Source of the DNA: Aggregatilineales bacterium
GTDB lineage: Bacteria; Chloroflexota; Anaerolineae; Aggregatilineales; Phototrophicaceae
DNA: 64,000 nucleotides
Direction of reading: 5' to 3'
NCBI GenBank assembly: GCA_963668265.1
Contig: OY764157.1
Span: forward strand, 2,568,528-2,632,527
The notes below the pieces were generated by a model. The model saw only the letters and a list, made by a program, of their open reading frames with translations. It was not told the origin of the DNA and made no database searches. Both the position numbers and the translations under genes were made by a program. The number at the start of each line of letters is the position of its first letter. The stretch's first letter is position 1. This document shows, piece after piece, positions 1 through 10,388 of this stretch.

Positions 1-220
1 TTACGCCGGCGGCGCTCAATTCAGCCTGGCGCGCTATCTGGAAGTATTGGAGCGGACTCGAGTACAAATTCTCTCCAATTGAGCGCCAGACTTTTTACAT
101 TTTGTTTATAGTTTTCGTCTGGATTTTTTCCGCGCGAAATTTATCATTTTGCGCAGCGTCGCCGTCCGGCCGTCGACAAGCGGCAGCGGGGATGAAGGCA
201 GCGATGAAAGGGGGCCGCTC

Positions 221-1135
221 GTGATCGAAGCGCGCGACATCGCCAAGAGCTACGGCAGCATCCAGGCACTGCGCGGCTTGAGCTTCAAGATCCAGCCCGG
301 CGAAATCGTCGGCTTGCTTGGTCCCAATGGCGCGGGCAAGTCAACCGCGATCAAGATCGTCACCGGATTCCTCCAGCCAGACGCGGGTTCGGTCGAGATC
401 GACGGCCGCGATGTCCAGGCGGATCTGCGCGCGGCACAGGCGAAGATTGGCTACTTGTCGGAAAACACCCCCTTGTACCCGGAGCTTTCCGTGCAAGGCT
501 ACCTGTCCATGATCGCCGAATTGCGCGACCTGCCGGCGGCGCGGCGGATTCCCATGCTCGCCGACGCCCTGTACAGCGCGGGCCTGCGCGAGTATCTCAC
601 GCGCCCCGTCTCCAGCTTGAGCAAGGGCTTGCGGCAGCGCGTCGGCCTGGCGGGAGCGATCTTGCACAAGCCGCCTTTCCTTATCCTCGACGAGCCGACC
701 GTCGGCCTGGATCCGACCCAGATCGTCGAGATCCGCGCCATGATCAAGTCCCTGGCCGGGCGCAGCACGATCCTCTTCTCGTCGCACATTCTGTCCGAGG
801 TGGAGGCGATCTGCGACCGCGTCATCATCATCATCAATGGCGAGGTAAAAGCCGACCAAAGCCTGGCGGAGCTCAGCCGCAGCGACCAAGCCACTCTGGT
901 CCTGCAAGAGGAACGGGACGATGTAACGGGCGCGCTGGCAGCCATGCCCGAGATCAGCCAGGCCCAGCCGACCCGTTCAGACGACGGCTACCCGGCCTGG
1001 CGCATCGTCAGCGAAGCCGATGTCACGCCGAAAATCTATGCCCTCGCCCGCGAGCGCGACTGGTCCTTGCGGGAGCTGCGGCGCGATACCGTGTCACTGG
1101 AAAACTTCTTCAATCAATTGGCGACGACGGCTTAG
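221..1135 (+). CDS. ABC transporter ATP-binding protein (GldA-like partner of the downstream ABC-2/GldG permease)
   Basis: Walker A GPNGAGKST, signature LSKGLRQRV, Walker B FLILDEPTVGLD, H-loop SSHIL. The longest ORF starts at TTG 149, but GTG 221 follows AAGGGGG (207-213) and gives the usual short N-terminus (VIEARDIAKSYGS). Confidence 0.85.
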   Translation: MIEARDIAKSYGSIQALRGLSFKIQPGEIVGLLGPNGAGKSTAIKIVTGFLQPDAGSVEIDGRDVQADLRAAQAKIGYLSENTPLYPELSVQGYLSMIAELRDLPAARRIPMLADALYSAGLREYLTRPVSSLSKGLRQRVGLAGAILHKPPFLILDEPTVGLDPTQIVEIRAMIKSLAGRSTILFSSHILSEVEAICDRVIIIINGEVKADQSLAELSRSDQATLVLQEERDDVTGALAAMPEISQAQPTRSDDGYPAWRIVSEADVTPKIYALARERDWSLRELRRDTVSLENFFNQLATTA

Positions 1136-1144
1136 GAGGCGCGC

Positions 1145-4075
1145 ATGAATAAAGCCCTCGCAATCGCCGGCAAAGAGCTCAAGCTCTATTTCGGTTCACC
1201 GATGGCGCTCATTTTCGTCGGCGTTTTTCTGGCGCTGACGCTTTTCGTCTTCTTTTGGGTGGACTCGTTTTTCGCCCGCGGCGTCGCCGATGCGCGGGCT
1301 CTATTCCAGTGGATGCCCCTGCTGATGATCTTGCTGGTGGCGGCCCTGACCATGCACCAATGGAGCCGCGAAGAAGAAAGCGGCAACTTGCAAGTCCTGC
1401 TGACGATGCCGCTGCGCCTGTCGCATTTGGTGGCGGGCAAGTTCCTTTCCGCTCTGACATTGGTGGCGCTGGCGCTCGGTTTGACGCTCTTCCTGCCCTT
1501 GACGGCGCATTCCCTGGGCAACCTCGATTGGGGACCCGTCATCGGCGGCTACCTGGCGGCGCTGCTGCTGGCCTCGAGTTATATCGCCATCGGCCTCTGC
1601 GTCTCGTCGCGGACGGACAACCAGCTGGTCGCGCTCATTGGCACGGCGGTCGTCTGCGGCGCTTTCCAGGCGATTGGCTCGCCCGTGATCACCGACCTCG
1701 TCGGCTCGGCGGCGGGCGAAATTCTGCGTCAATTCGGCAGCGGCAGCCGCTTCGAGAGCATCGAGCGCGGCGTCGTCGACCTGCGCGACCTGGTCTATTA
1801 TGCCTCGCTCACGCTGTTCTTTTTGCGGCTGAACATCTTGTCCGTGGATGGCAAGCGCTGGGGCAAAGGCGCGCATCTGCGTCCGCAGCGCATGAACGGC
1901 GCCCTCGGCGCGGCATTGGTCGGCCTGAACCTGCTGGCATTCAACCTGCTGCTCGCCCCCCTTGGCGGCGCCCGGCTGGACTTGACCCAACACCGCGAAT
2001 ACAGCCTGTCAGCCGTCACCAAGAATTTGCTGGCGAGCCTGCAAGAGCCGCTGCTGATACGCGGTTACTTCAGCGAAAACAGCCATCCCCTGCTGGCGCC
2101 CCTCGTGCCGCGCATCCGCGATACCCTGCGCGAATACGAGCTGGCCGCCAATGGCAAGATCGACCTGGAATTCGTCGACCCGCTGCGCCACCCGGAGCTG
2201 GAACGCGAGGCGAACCAGATTCACGGCATCCGCCCGACTCCGCTGCAAGTCAATGACCGCGGCGGCCTGTCGCTGGTGAATGTCTACTTTGATGTGCTCA
2301 TCGCGTATGGCGACCAGACGGCGGCGCTCAACTTCTCCGAGGTCATCGAGGTGGTGGACACGCCCCTCGGCATCGAAGCGCGGCTCCGCAACCTGGAATA
2401 CGACCTGACCAGCGGCATCCAGCGCGTCGTCTATGGCTTCCAGAGCCTCGACGCCGTGCTCGCTTCCCTGGACGCGCCGGCCCGGCTGACGCTCTATGTC
2501 TCGTCCGCGACGACGCCCTCGACGATGACGGAAGTCGCCGCGACTATGCAGGAGGTTATTGACGAGATCGCCGCCGCCAACCCGGCCAAGGTCGAGTTCG
2601 CGCTGGTCGACATGTCCGCGCCGGCGCCCCAAATCAGCGAAGCGGAGCTCTTTGAGCGCTATCAGATCCAGCCGGTCGCCACCAGTTTCTTCGCTGCCGA
2701 GACTTTCTACCTGCACCTGGCAATCGAGGCGGGCGACGAGATCCAGGTGATCTACCCGACAGGAGACTTGAGCCGGGCGGAGCTGCGCGGCGCCATCGAA
2801 TCGTCCCTTAAGCGCTCCTCGGCCGGTTTCCTCAAAGTGATTGGCTATTGGGCGCCGCCCGCGCAAACGGTCGATCAATTCGGGCAGCGCGTCCCCAGCT
2901 TGCAGCAATACCTGATCCTGGAAGACATGCTGCGCGAAAGCTACGAGCTGCGTCGCCTGAGCCTGGACGAGGGCCCCATCCCGCCCGATGTCGACGCCCT
3001 GCTGCTACTGGCGCCGCACGGATTGAGCGAGAAACAGCTCTACGCCATCGACCAGTACATCATGCGCGGCGGTTCCACTTTGGCGCTGGCCGGGCAATAT
3101 CGCCTCGGCGTCGACCCTTATCTTGGCGCGCTTTTGCTGGACCCGAACGAAGACGGCATCGCCGGGCTGCTCGAGAGCTACGGAATACGCATCGGCGATA
3201 CGGTAATCATGGACTACCAGAACGCGCCCTTCCCGATGCAAGTGCAGCGCGACCTGGGCGACATGGTCGTCACCGAGATTCAGGCGCTGGATTATCCATT
3301 TTTCATCGATGTCCGCCCCGATGGCCTCGATCTGGAGAGCCCCGTAGTCAACAGCCTGCCCTTGATGACGATGACCTGGTCCTCGCCGGTGACCGTCGAC
3401 GAGGCATTGCTGGAAGAGGCCCGCGTAACCACCTTGATTCGCTCGAGCGCCGCTTCCTGGGAAACGGACCGCGCCAACCCGCAGCCGGACCTGGAGCTGT
3501 ATCCCGAGCTCGGCTTCCCGCTGCCGCAGAGCCTGGCTTCGTTCCCGCTGGCAGTGTCTGTCGAGGGCGCCTTCAACAGCCACTTTATCGACAAGCCGTC
3601 GCCATTTGAAGCGGACGCGGCCGCCGACGAGACGGGCGAACTGGCGCAACCGATCGGCTTGATCGAGCGCTCGCCCGATCACACCCGCCTTATTGTCCTG
3701 GGCAGCTCCGAATTCGTGAACGACACCGTGTATCAGATATCGGCGAGTTTCAGCGGCGACCGCTTCCTCAGCAATTTGCAGCTGGTGGCGAACGCGATCG
3801 ACTGGTTCACCGAAGACGTCTCGCTGGCCTCCATCCGCAGCCGCGGCAGCGTCGCCCGCATCTTGCCGCCGGTCAGCGACGAGGCGCAAAACACGTGGAT
3901 CGCGCTCAACTACGCGGTGGCGCTGCTGGGCCTGGTCTTGATTGCGGTCCTCTGGCAGATCCAGCGCCGCTCGGAAAAGCCGCTGGAATTGCCGCTTCCG
4001 CAAGAATTGGAGGCTGGGAATGGCGAGCTGAACGCGGAGTCGAACAAAGAGCGGGCGGAAGGGGGCGCCGCATGA
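1145..4075 (+). CDS. fused ABC-2 type permease (GldF-like N-terminal ~230 aa) and GldG-like auxiliary domain, 976 aa
   Basis: AGGAGG at 1133-1138, then ATG. N-terminal cluster of hydrophobic helices typical of ABC-2 permeases, then a long soluble region and a C-terminal anchor WIALNYAVALLGLVLIAVLW. 9-nt gap after the ATPase gene. Confidence 0.7.
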   Translation: MNKALAIAGKELKLYFGSPMALIFVGVFLALTLFVFFWVDSFFARGVADARALFQWMPLLMILLVAALTMHQWSREEESGNLQVLLTMPLRLSHLVAGKFLSALTLVALALGLTLFLPLTAHSLGNLDWGPVIGGYLAALLLASSYIAIGLCVSSRTDNQLVALIGTAVVCGAFQAIGSPVITDLVGSAAGEILRQFGSGSRFESIERGVVDLRDLVYYASLTLFFLRLNILSVDGKRWGKGAHLRPQRMNGALGAALVGLNLLAFNLLLAPLGGARLDLTQHREYSLSAVTKNLLASLQEPLLIRGYFSENSHPLLAPLVPRIRDTLREYELAANGKIDLEFVDPLRHPELEREANQIHGIRPTPLQVNDRGGLSLVNVYFDVLIAYGDQTAALNFSEVIEVVDTPLGIEARLRNLEYDLTSGIQRVVYGFQSLDAVLASLDAPARLTLYVSSATTPSTMTEVAATMQEVIDEIAAANPAKVEFALVDMSAPAPQISEAELFERYQIQPVATSFFAAETFYLHLAIEAGDEIQVIYPTGDLSRAELRGAIESSLKRSSAGFLKVIGYWAPPAQTVDQFGQRVPSLQQYLILEDMLRESYELRRLSLDEGPIPPDVDALLLLAPHGLSEKQLYAIDQYIMRGGSTLALAGQYRLGVDPYLGALLLDPNEDGIAGLLESYGIRIGDTVIMDYQNAPFPMQVQRDLGDMVVTEIQALDYPFFIDVRPDGLDLESPVVNSLPLMTMTWSSPVTVDEALLEEARVTTLIRSSAASWETDRANPQPDLELYPELGFPLPQSLASFPLAVSVEGAFNSHFIDKPSPFEADAAADETGELAQPIGLIERSPDHTRLIVLGSSEFVNDTVYQISASFSGDRFLSNLQLVANAIDWFTEDVSLASIRSRGSVARILPPVSDEAQNTWIALNYAVALLGLVLIAVLWQIQRRSEKPLELPLPQELEAGNGELNAESNKERAEGGAA

Positions 4076-5124
4076 TGAACCGCGTGAACTTGGCCTTGAC
4101 GATCCTGCTGGCGGCGCAGGCGGCGCTGATTGCAGTCTCCGTGTTGGGCTCGGCGAATACGACGACGCGGGCGATCGAGCCTTTGCTGGCGGGCCTTTCG
4201 GCTGCGGATATCGACCGTCTAGTCATCGCCGACGAACTGGACAATACGGTCGCTTTTGGGCGCGGCGACGCCGGCTGGGTCTTGCCCGGGGCCGACGCCT
4301 TCCCGGTAACGGGCGAGAAAGTAGACGAGATTCTCAGCAAGCTGCTCGGCCTCGACACGCGCCGGCTGATCGCTTCCAATCCCGCCAATTTCTCCCGGCT
4401 CGAGGTGAAAGACGATGACTTTCGGCGACGGGCGACTGTCGGCGCGGGCGAGCTAGAAATCGTCCTCTACCTGGGTGGCAGTGGCGGCGCGGACACGGTC
4501 TACGCGCGGCGGGCTGGCGAAGACAGCGTCTACCTCGGCGTCGGGCTCAACAGCTGGGAGCTGGCGACCCAGACTTCCACCTGGGTGGATGCGAATTATG
4601 TGAATGTGCCGCAGGAAGATGTGCTGGAGATCAGGGCGCGCAACGCCATGGGCGAGTTCCGCTTCACCCGCGATGGCGATGCCTGGCTTTACGCCGGCTT
4701 GGAAGAGGGGGAAGTCTTCGAGGACACGCGCATGCCCGGCATCTTGCGCAACGCCGCATCCATCCGGCTGATGGAACCGCTGGGCCTGGAGGCGCTGGAA
4801 GCTTATGGCTTGGCTGAACCGCAAGTCACGGTCGAGGTGCGCTACCGCGTCCTTGTTGAGCCGGAGGCGCCAGTGGACGACGCGGAAGCGGCCAGCGAAG
4901 AAAACGATGAAGCGGCCGCGGATGAGCCAGAGATTGAATATCGCGAAGCCAGCTATCGCCTGGAATTCGGCGCGGAAATCGAGGACGGGCAGGTCGCGCT
5001 GAAGTCTTCCGACGCCGACTATTATGTCAGCGCGCGCGACACGACCGTGAATGTCTTCCGCGAGCTGCGCCACGACGCCTTGGTCAAAGCGCCCGAATCC
5101 AGCGACCCGGCGGCCAGCGAATGA
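4072..5124 (+). CDS. DUF4340-like membrane-anchored protein
   Basis: ATG 4072 overlaps the upstream stop (ATGA). N-terminal anchor LALTILLAAQAALIAVSVLG. Internal strings such as LEAYGLAEPQVTVEV fit the DUF4340 pattern usually found next to GldG-type genes. The ORF-track start at 3895 lies inside the previous gene. Confidence 0.6.
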   Translation: MMNRVNLALTILLAAQAALIAVSVLGSANTTTRAIEPLLAGLSAADIDRLVIADELDNTVAFGRGDAGWVLPGADAFPVTGEKVDEILSKLLGLDTRRLIASNPANFSRLEVKDDDFRRRATVGAGELEIVLYLGGSGGADTVYARRAGEDSVYLGVGLNSWELATQTSTWVDANYVNVPQEDVLEIRARNAMGEFRFTRDGDAWLYAGLEEGEVFEDTRMPGILRNAASIRLMEPLGLEALEAYGLAEPQVTVEVRYRVLVEPEAPVDDAEAASEENDEAAADEPEIEYREASYRLEFGAEIEDGQVALKSSDADYYVSARDTTVNVFRELRHDALVKAPESSDPAASE

Positions 5125-5160
5125 GCGCGCCTCGCCCTCGTTGCGCCCTGGTTTCGCGCG

Positions 5161-5166
5161 TATAAT
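5161..5166 (+). promoter_or_regulatory. possible -10 box (TATAAT) upstream of glyQS
   Basis: Perfect TATAAT 42 nt before the glyQS ATG in a GC-rich context. No convincing -35 element. Confidence 0.3.
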
Positions 5167-5207
5167 TCGGCTTCTATTCAACGCAGCAGCAACGGTCGGG
5201 GAGCGCG

Positions 5208-8207
5208 ATGGCAGAGCCGCTGAGTTTCCAGCAAGTGATATTGAAACTGCACGAGTTCTGGGCGGCGCAGGGCTGCCTGATCTGGGCGCCATACAATGTC
5301 CAGCTGGGCGCGGGCACCGGCAACCCGGCCACCGCCTTGCGCGTGCTGGGGCCGGAGCCTTGGCGCGTCGCCTATGTCGAGCCGTCGGTGCGCCCCGACG
5401 ATGGCCGCTTCGGCGAAAACCCCAACCGCATGCAAAAATATTTTCAATACCAGGTCATCCTCAAGCCTGATCCCGGCAACCCGCAGGAGCTCTATCTGGA
5501 ATCGCTGGAGGCCCTGGGCATCCGTCAGCGGGAGCACGACATCCGCTTCGTCGAGGACAACTGGGAATCGCCGGCTCTGGGGGCTTGGGGCCTGGGCTGG
5601 GAAGTCTGGCTGGACGGGCAGGAGATCACCCAGTTCACTTACTTCCAGCAGGCGGGGGGGCTAAGCCTCGACCCGGTCAGCGTGGAAATCACCTACGGCG
5701 TCGAGCGCATCGTGCTGGCTCTGCAGGGGGTGGATTCGGCCTGGGAGATCGACTGGATGGATGGCCTGCAATACGGCGATGTCATGTTCAGCGACGAGGT
5801 CGAGCATTGCCGCTACTATTTTGAACTGGCCGATGTCAGCGCTCTGAAAGCCGTTTTCGAGACTTACGAGCGCGAATACGCCGGCGCTTTGGAGGGCGAC
5901 GCCCTGATCGCCGCTTACGATTATGTGCTGAAGTGCAGCCACCTCTTTAATGTGCTGGACACGCGCGGCGCGATCGGCGTCACCGAACGGGCAAATTATT
6001 TTCGGCGCATGCGGACAATGACCCGAACAATCGCCCGACAGTACATCGCCCAGCGCGAGCAGCTCGGGCATCCACTGCTGAAGATGGCGGACAAGTGGGG
6101 CGGGCCGGAAGCGCAGAGGCCGGCTGCCATGCCCGAAACGCCGAGCGAGCCGGCCGATGTCTTGATCGAGATTGGCCTCGAGGAGATGCCGGCCGACGAT
6201 GTCGCCGCCGCGCTCTCTCAGGCGAAGGTGGCCGCTCCCGCTTTATTTGATGGCTTGCGCCTGAGCTACGCAGAAACGGATGCGCATGCTACGCCTCGTC
6301 GAATTGTGATCGTCGCGCGGAATGTGTCGCCGCGACAAGCGGACGAAGAATTCATCGCCAAGGGACCGCCAGCCGACCGCGCCTTCGACGCCGACGGACA
6401 GCCAACCCGCGCCGCTATCGGTTTCGCCCGGGGCAAGGGCGTCGATGTGGCGGATCTGCAGGTCGCGGAAGTGGACGGCGGGCGCTATGTCACGGCGACT
6501 GTGCGCGAAGCCGGCCGACCCGCCGTCGAAGCCCTGGCGGAAGCCCTGCCCGCTTTCCTCGCCGATTTGCGCTTCGCCAAGTCAATGCGCTGGAACGCCA
6601 GCGGAACCGCCTTCTCGCGGCCCCTGCGCTGGATCGCCGCCCTTTTCGGCGACGCCGCGATTCCATTTGAGTTCGCCGGCGTTGCCAGCGGAACTACGAC
6701 CCGCGGCTTGCGCCCCCTTGGCTCGCCGGAGATTGAGCTCAAGTCCGCCGCCGAGCATCAGGCGGCATTGCGGCTGCAAGGCGTTGTTCTGGATTTTGAA
6801 GAGAGACGCGCGCTTATCGAGAAGCAGGTCGCTGAACTGGCGGCGAAGGCGGGCGGAGGCGTGGCTGAGGACGCGGCGCTGCTCGACGAAGTGACGAATC
6901 TTGTCGAGGCGCCAACCGCTTTTCTGGGCGGCTTTGACGCGGCCTTTCTGGATCTGCCCCGCGATGTGCTGGTCACCGTCATGCGCAAACACCAGCGATA
7001 CTTCGCAGTGGAGGCTGCCGACGGCAGTCTGCGCAATCAGTTTATCGGCCTGCGCAACGGCGACCGCGAGCATCTGGACAAGGTGATACATGGCAACGAG
7101 CAGGTGCTGCTGGCGCGATTTTCGGACGCGCGCTTTTTCTATGAAGCCGATGTCAAAAAGCCGCTGGCCGAGCATCTGGAGCGTCTGGACACGCTGACAT
7201 TCCAGGCTGAGCTCGGCTCCATGCGCCAGAAAAACGACCGCGTTACGGCCACCATCGAAGACTTGGGTCAATTGCTCGGCTTCGACGCGGCTGATATTGC
7301 TGTCGCGCGGGAAGCGGCGCGGCTCGCCAAAGCCGATTTGGCCACCAGCATGGTCGTCGAGATGACCTCGCTGCAAGGGATCATGGGAAGGGCGTATGCC
7401 CTGCGCGAAGGCGTCGAGCCGGCCGTGGCGACAGCGATCCGCGAACACTGGCTGCCGGCCGGGGCGGATGACGCCCTTCCAGCGACCGCGCCGGGGCGTC
7501 TGCTCGCTTTGGCGGACAAATTGGACAGCCTGGTCGGGTTAATCGCCGTCGGTCTGCTGCCCAAGTCGACATCCGATCCATTCGGTCTGCGGCGCTCGGC
7601 TCTTGGCCTCATTCGAATCTTGGCGGGAGCTGGAATGCGAGTCGACTTGCGGAGCGCGATTCGGCGGGTCGCGGCCAGCCAGCCAGTCGCGGTCGACGCT
7701 TCGCAAGAGCGGCAAGCCCTGGATTTCGTCGAGGCGCGGCTTGAGATCTGGCTGCTGGACAGCGCTTCCGCCCCGCGCGATGTCGTCAAGGCGGTGCTGG
7801 CGGAGCAAAGCCAGGACCCGGCCGGCGCGGCGATCGGCGCGGTCGAACTGGCGGACTGGACGCGGCGCGGACATTGGGAAGCCACGCTGGACAGCTTCGC
7901 CCGCTGCGCCCGAATAACGCGGAATGAGTCGGTTTGCGAGCTGAACGCGGACTTGCTGCTATTGCCGCAAGAGCGGAGCCTGCATGCCACGCTTCATTCA
8001 GCCGAGAGGCGGCTGAACGATGCCTCGAATGTCGGCGGATTCCTCAGCGCATTCGAAAGCATGGCGGCGGCGGTCAACGATTTCTTCGATCATGTCTTGG
8101 TCCACGCAGACGAGCCCGCTCTGCGCCAGAATCGCATCGCTCTGCTGCAAAGGGTCGCCGCGCTGCAAAATGGCAGAGCCGATCTCAGCCAGCTGGAGAA
8201 CTTCTAG
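5208..8207 (+). CDS. glyQS: glycine--tRNA ligase, fused alpha and beta subunits
   Basis: N-terminus [17 protein letters not shown]...[17 protein letters not shown] is GlyQ-like. After a Pro/Ala-rich linker, [15 protein letters not shown] and the rest are GlyS-like. 999 aa with no internal stop. Confidence 0.9.
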   Translation: MAEPLSFQQVILKLHEFWAAQGCLIWAPYNVQLGAGTGNPATALRVLGPEPWRVAYVEPSVRPDDGRFGENPNRMQKYFQYQVILKPDPGNPQELYLESLEALGIRQREHDIRFVEDNWESPALGAWGLGWEVWLDGQEITQFTYFQQAGGLSLDPVSVEITYGVERIVLALQGVDSAWEIDWMDGLQYGDVMFSDEVEHCRYYFELADVSALKAVFETYEREYAGALEGDALIAAYDYVLKCSHLFNVLDTRGAIGVTERANYFRRMRTMTRTIARQYIAQREQLGHPLLKMADKWGGPEAQRPAAMPETPSEPADVLIEIGLEEMPADDVAAALSQAKVAAPALFDGLRLSYAETDAHATPRRIVIVARNVSPRQADEEFIAKGPPADRAFDADGQPTRAAIGFARGKGVDVADLQVAEVDGGRYVTATVREAGRPAVEALAEALPAFLADLRFAKSMRWNASGTAFSRPLRWIAALFGDAAIPFEFAGVASGTTTRGLRPLGSPEIELKSAAEHQAALRLQGVVLDFEERRALIEKQVAELAAKAGGGVAEDAALLDEVTNLVEAPTAFLGGFDAAFLDLPRDVLVTVMRKHQRYFAVEAADGSLRNQFIGLRNGDREHLDKVIHGNEQVLLARFSDARFFYEADVKKPLAEHLERLDTLTFQAELGSMRQKNDRVTATIEDLGQLLGFDAADIAVAREAARLAKADLATSMVVEMTSLQGIMGRAYALREGVEPAVATAIREHWLPAGADDALPATAPGRLLALADKLDSLVGLIAVGLLPKSTSDPFGLRRSALGLIRILAGAGMRVDLRSAIRRVAASQPVAVDASQERQALDFVEARLEIWLLDSASAPRDVVKAVLAEQSQDPAGAAIGAVELADWTRRGHWEATLDSFARCARITRNESVCELNADLLLLPQERSLHATLHSAERRLNDASNVGGFLSAFESMAAAVNDFFDHVLVHADEPALRQNRIALLQRVAALQNGRADLSQLENF

Positions 8208-8290
8208 CCAGGCCGCGCCAGGGTCCCTTTTTGCGCGCGACCCAGGCTGCCTGTAAAATTGACGAATAGTCGCAATGGAGAGTCCGCCGC

Positions 8291-10363
8291 ATGTCCGTGA
8301 CCGATGAGGTCAAGTCGCGACTCGATATCGTCGCCTATGTGCAGAAGCATGTGCCGGCGCTGAAAAAAGCGGGCCGCAACTACAAGGCGCCTTGCCCGTT
8401 TCACGCCGAGAAAACGCCCTCCTTCATCGTCAACCCCGAACGCGGCTCCTGGCATTGCTTTGGCGCCTGCGCCGAGGGCGGCGACATCTTCACCTTCGCC
8501 CAGAAATTCCATGGCTGGGACTTTCGCGAGGCGCTGCGTGAACTGGCAAACGAAGCCGGCGTCCCCTTGCGGCGGCAGACCGAAGAGCAGAAAACCGCCA
8601 GCGACCGGCGCGACCGGCAGCGGGGCATGCTGGCCAGCGCCGCCGAATTTTATCAGCGCGAGCTCAAGCGGGAGCGCGGCGCCGCCGCCATGCGTTATCT
8701 GCGGCAAGAGCGCGGCTTGCAGCCAGAGACCATCGAGACTTTTCAGCTGGGTTTCGCCCCGGCCGGCTGGGACTTCATGCTGGGCAGCCTGCGCGCCCTG
8801 GATTACGCCGACGACGAGATCGTTGAGGCGGGCCTGGCGCTGCGCAACGACGCGGGCAGGATCTACGACCGCTTTCGCAACCGGCTGATTTTTCCTATTC
8901 GCGATGAGCGCGGGCGGGTCGTCGGTTTTGGCGGGCGCGCCCTGGACCCGGCCGACAGCGCCAAGTACATCAACTCGCCAAGTTCGCCTCTATTCGAAAA
9001 GAATCGCCTGCTCTACGGCTTTGACATGGGCCGGCGCGACATTCGGGACAGCGGCAGCGCGGTGATCGTCGAAGGCTACATGGATGTGATCCAGGCGCAT
9101 CAGGCCGGCTACCGCAATGTGGTCGCCCAGATGGGCACAGCCATGACCGAGCGGCAAATGCGGCTGATCGCGCCGCGGCACGCCAAACGCGTCGTCCTGG
9201 CTCTGGACGCCGATGAAGCGGGCCAGAACGCCACCCGCCGCAGCCTCGAGGTCGCGCGCCAAACCCTGGCTCAAGATTACGCCGGCAAACTCTCCGTGGA
9301 TATCGCCGTGCTGCAAATCCCGGCGGGCAAGGATCCGGACGACTTCCTGCGCGCCACGCCGGCAGCCTGGCCCGGTCTGGTGGAACGCGCCCAGTCAGTG
9401 GCGGATTTTGTCATCGAGCTCGAAACGCGGTCTCTCTCCGCAAGCGCCAGCCTGGGGGAGCGGGAAGAAATCGCGCGGCAGACCCTGCCCATTTTGACAG
9501 CTTCCGAAAACCGCCTTTACCGCCAAGAGAATTTGCAGAAACTGGCGCGCCGGCTGCGCATGAGCGAGCGCGACTTGCTGGCCTGGGCCGGGAACAGCCT
9601 GCCTGCGCCCGCCGCTCCGGCAACTCCGCCAGCGGCCCCGGCAGATCTGCCGCCGGAATACTGGGAAAACGAGTATGACGCGCCGCCACCCGACGACCTG
9701 GTCGGCGAGGAAAGCGGCGACGCGACAAGCGCGACTCGCTCCGGTCCCCGAGCGCGGCTGGCGATCGAGCCGTATTGCCTGAGCCTGCTGCTGGGCAACC
9801 CGAACTTGCTCGCCGATGTCAATCGCAAGCTGAGCGAGCTGGCGGAAGGCGACGCCGACCTGCTGCGCGGCCCGTTATGCGAGTTTGGCAGCGCCGATTT
9901 CTCGCAGACCGCGTACCGCGTCTTGATGGCGCGCTTTGTGGAGTCCCTCGCCCAACACGAGAGGCCGCCGCTGGAATACCTCAGCCAGGCGGTCGATGAG
10001 GCGCTGCGGCGGGAATACGACGCGCTCTTCGTGGAAACGCAGGAGGCTCTGGCGCAATCGGTGAATCGCAACTTTGAAGTCGATTTGAACGATATAGTCA
10101 AGAGAAAACGCTATGCCAGCAAGCCCGGTCTCAGCCCCCAGGACGAGCTGATCGGCCGGGCGCTGCAATTGCGTTTGGCGCGCCTGGAGAAGGAGCGGCT
10201 GGAGATGCAATACTTGCAGGAAGAAGCGCAAACGGGCGCGGCGGAGGCGCTGGATCGCGGCGAGCTCCAGGCTCGAATCCTGCTTTCCATGCGGGCGAAA
10301 GCGCGCATCAACGCCGCCGTTGGCCGCGAAACGCGCTTCTTTGCGGCCGCGCCGGCTGGCTGA
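8291..10363 (+). CDS. dnaG: DNA primase
   Basis: CHC2 zinc finger [25 protein letters not shown]. TOPRIM region VIVEGYMDV...[10 protein letters not shown]. Confidence 0.9.
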   Translation: [690 protein letters not shown]

Positions 10364-10388
10364 CTTGCGGGCCATGGGAGCCTGACAG

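Noticed and set aside
2-82. Possible 3' end of a plus-strand gene truncated by the window start (…YAGGAQFSLARYLEVLERTRVQILSN*)
   Set aside because: With only 26 codons visible, it cannot be identified or distinguished from chance.
3895-4071. N-terminal extensions offered by the ORF track (3895-4071, 11785-11967 and 15055-15597)
   Set aside because: Each extension lies inside or antisense to a neighbouring well-supported gene. Internal ATGs placed right after the upstream stop give typical protein N-termini.
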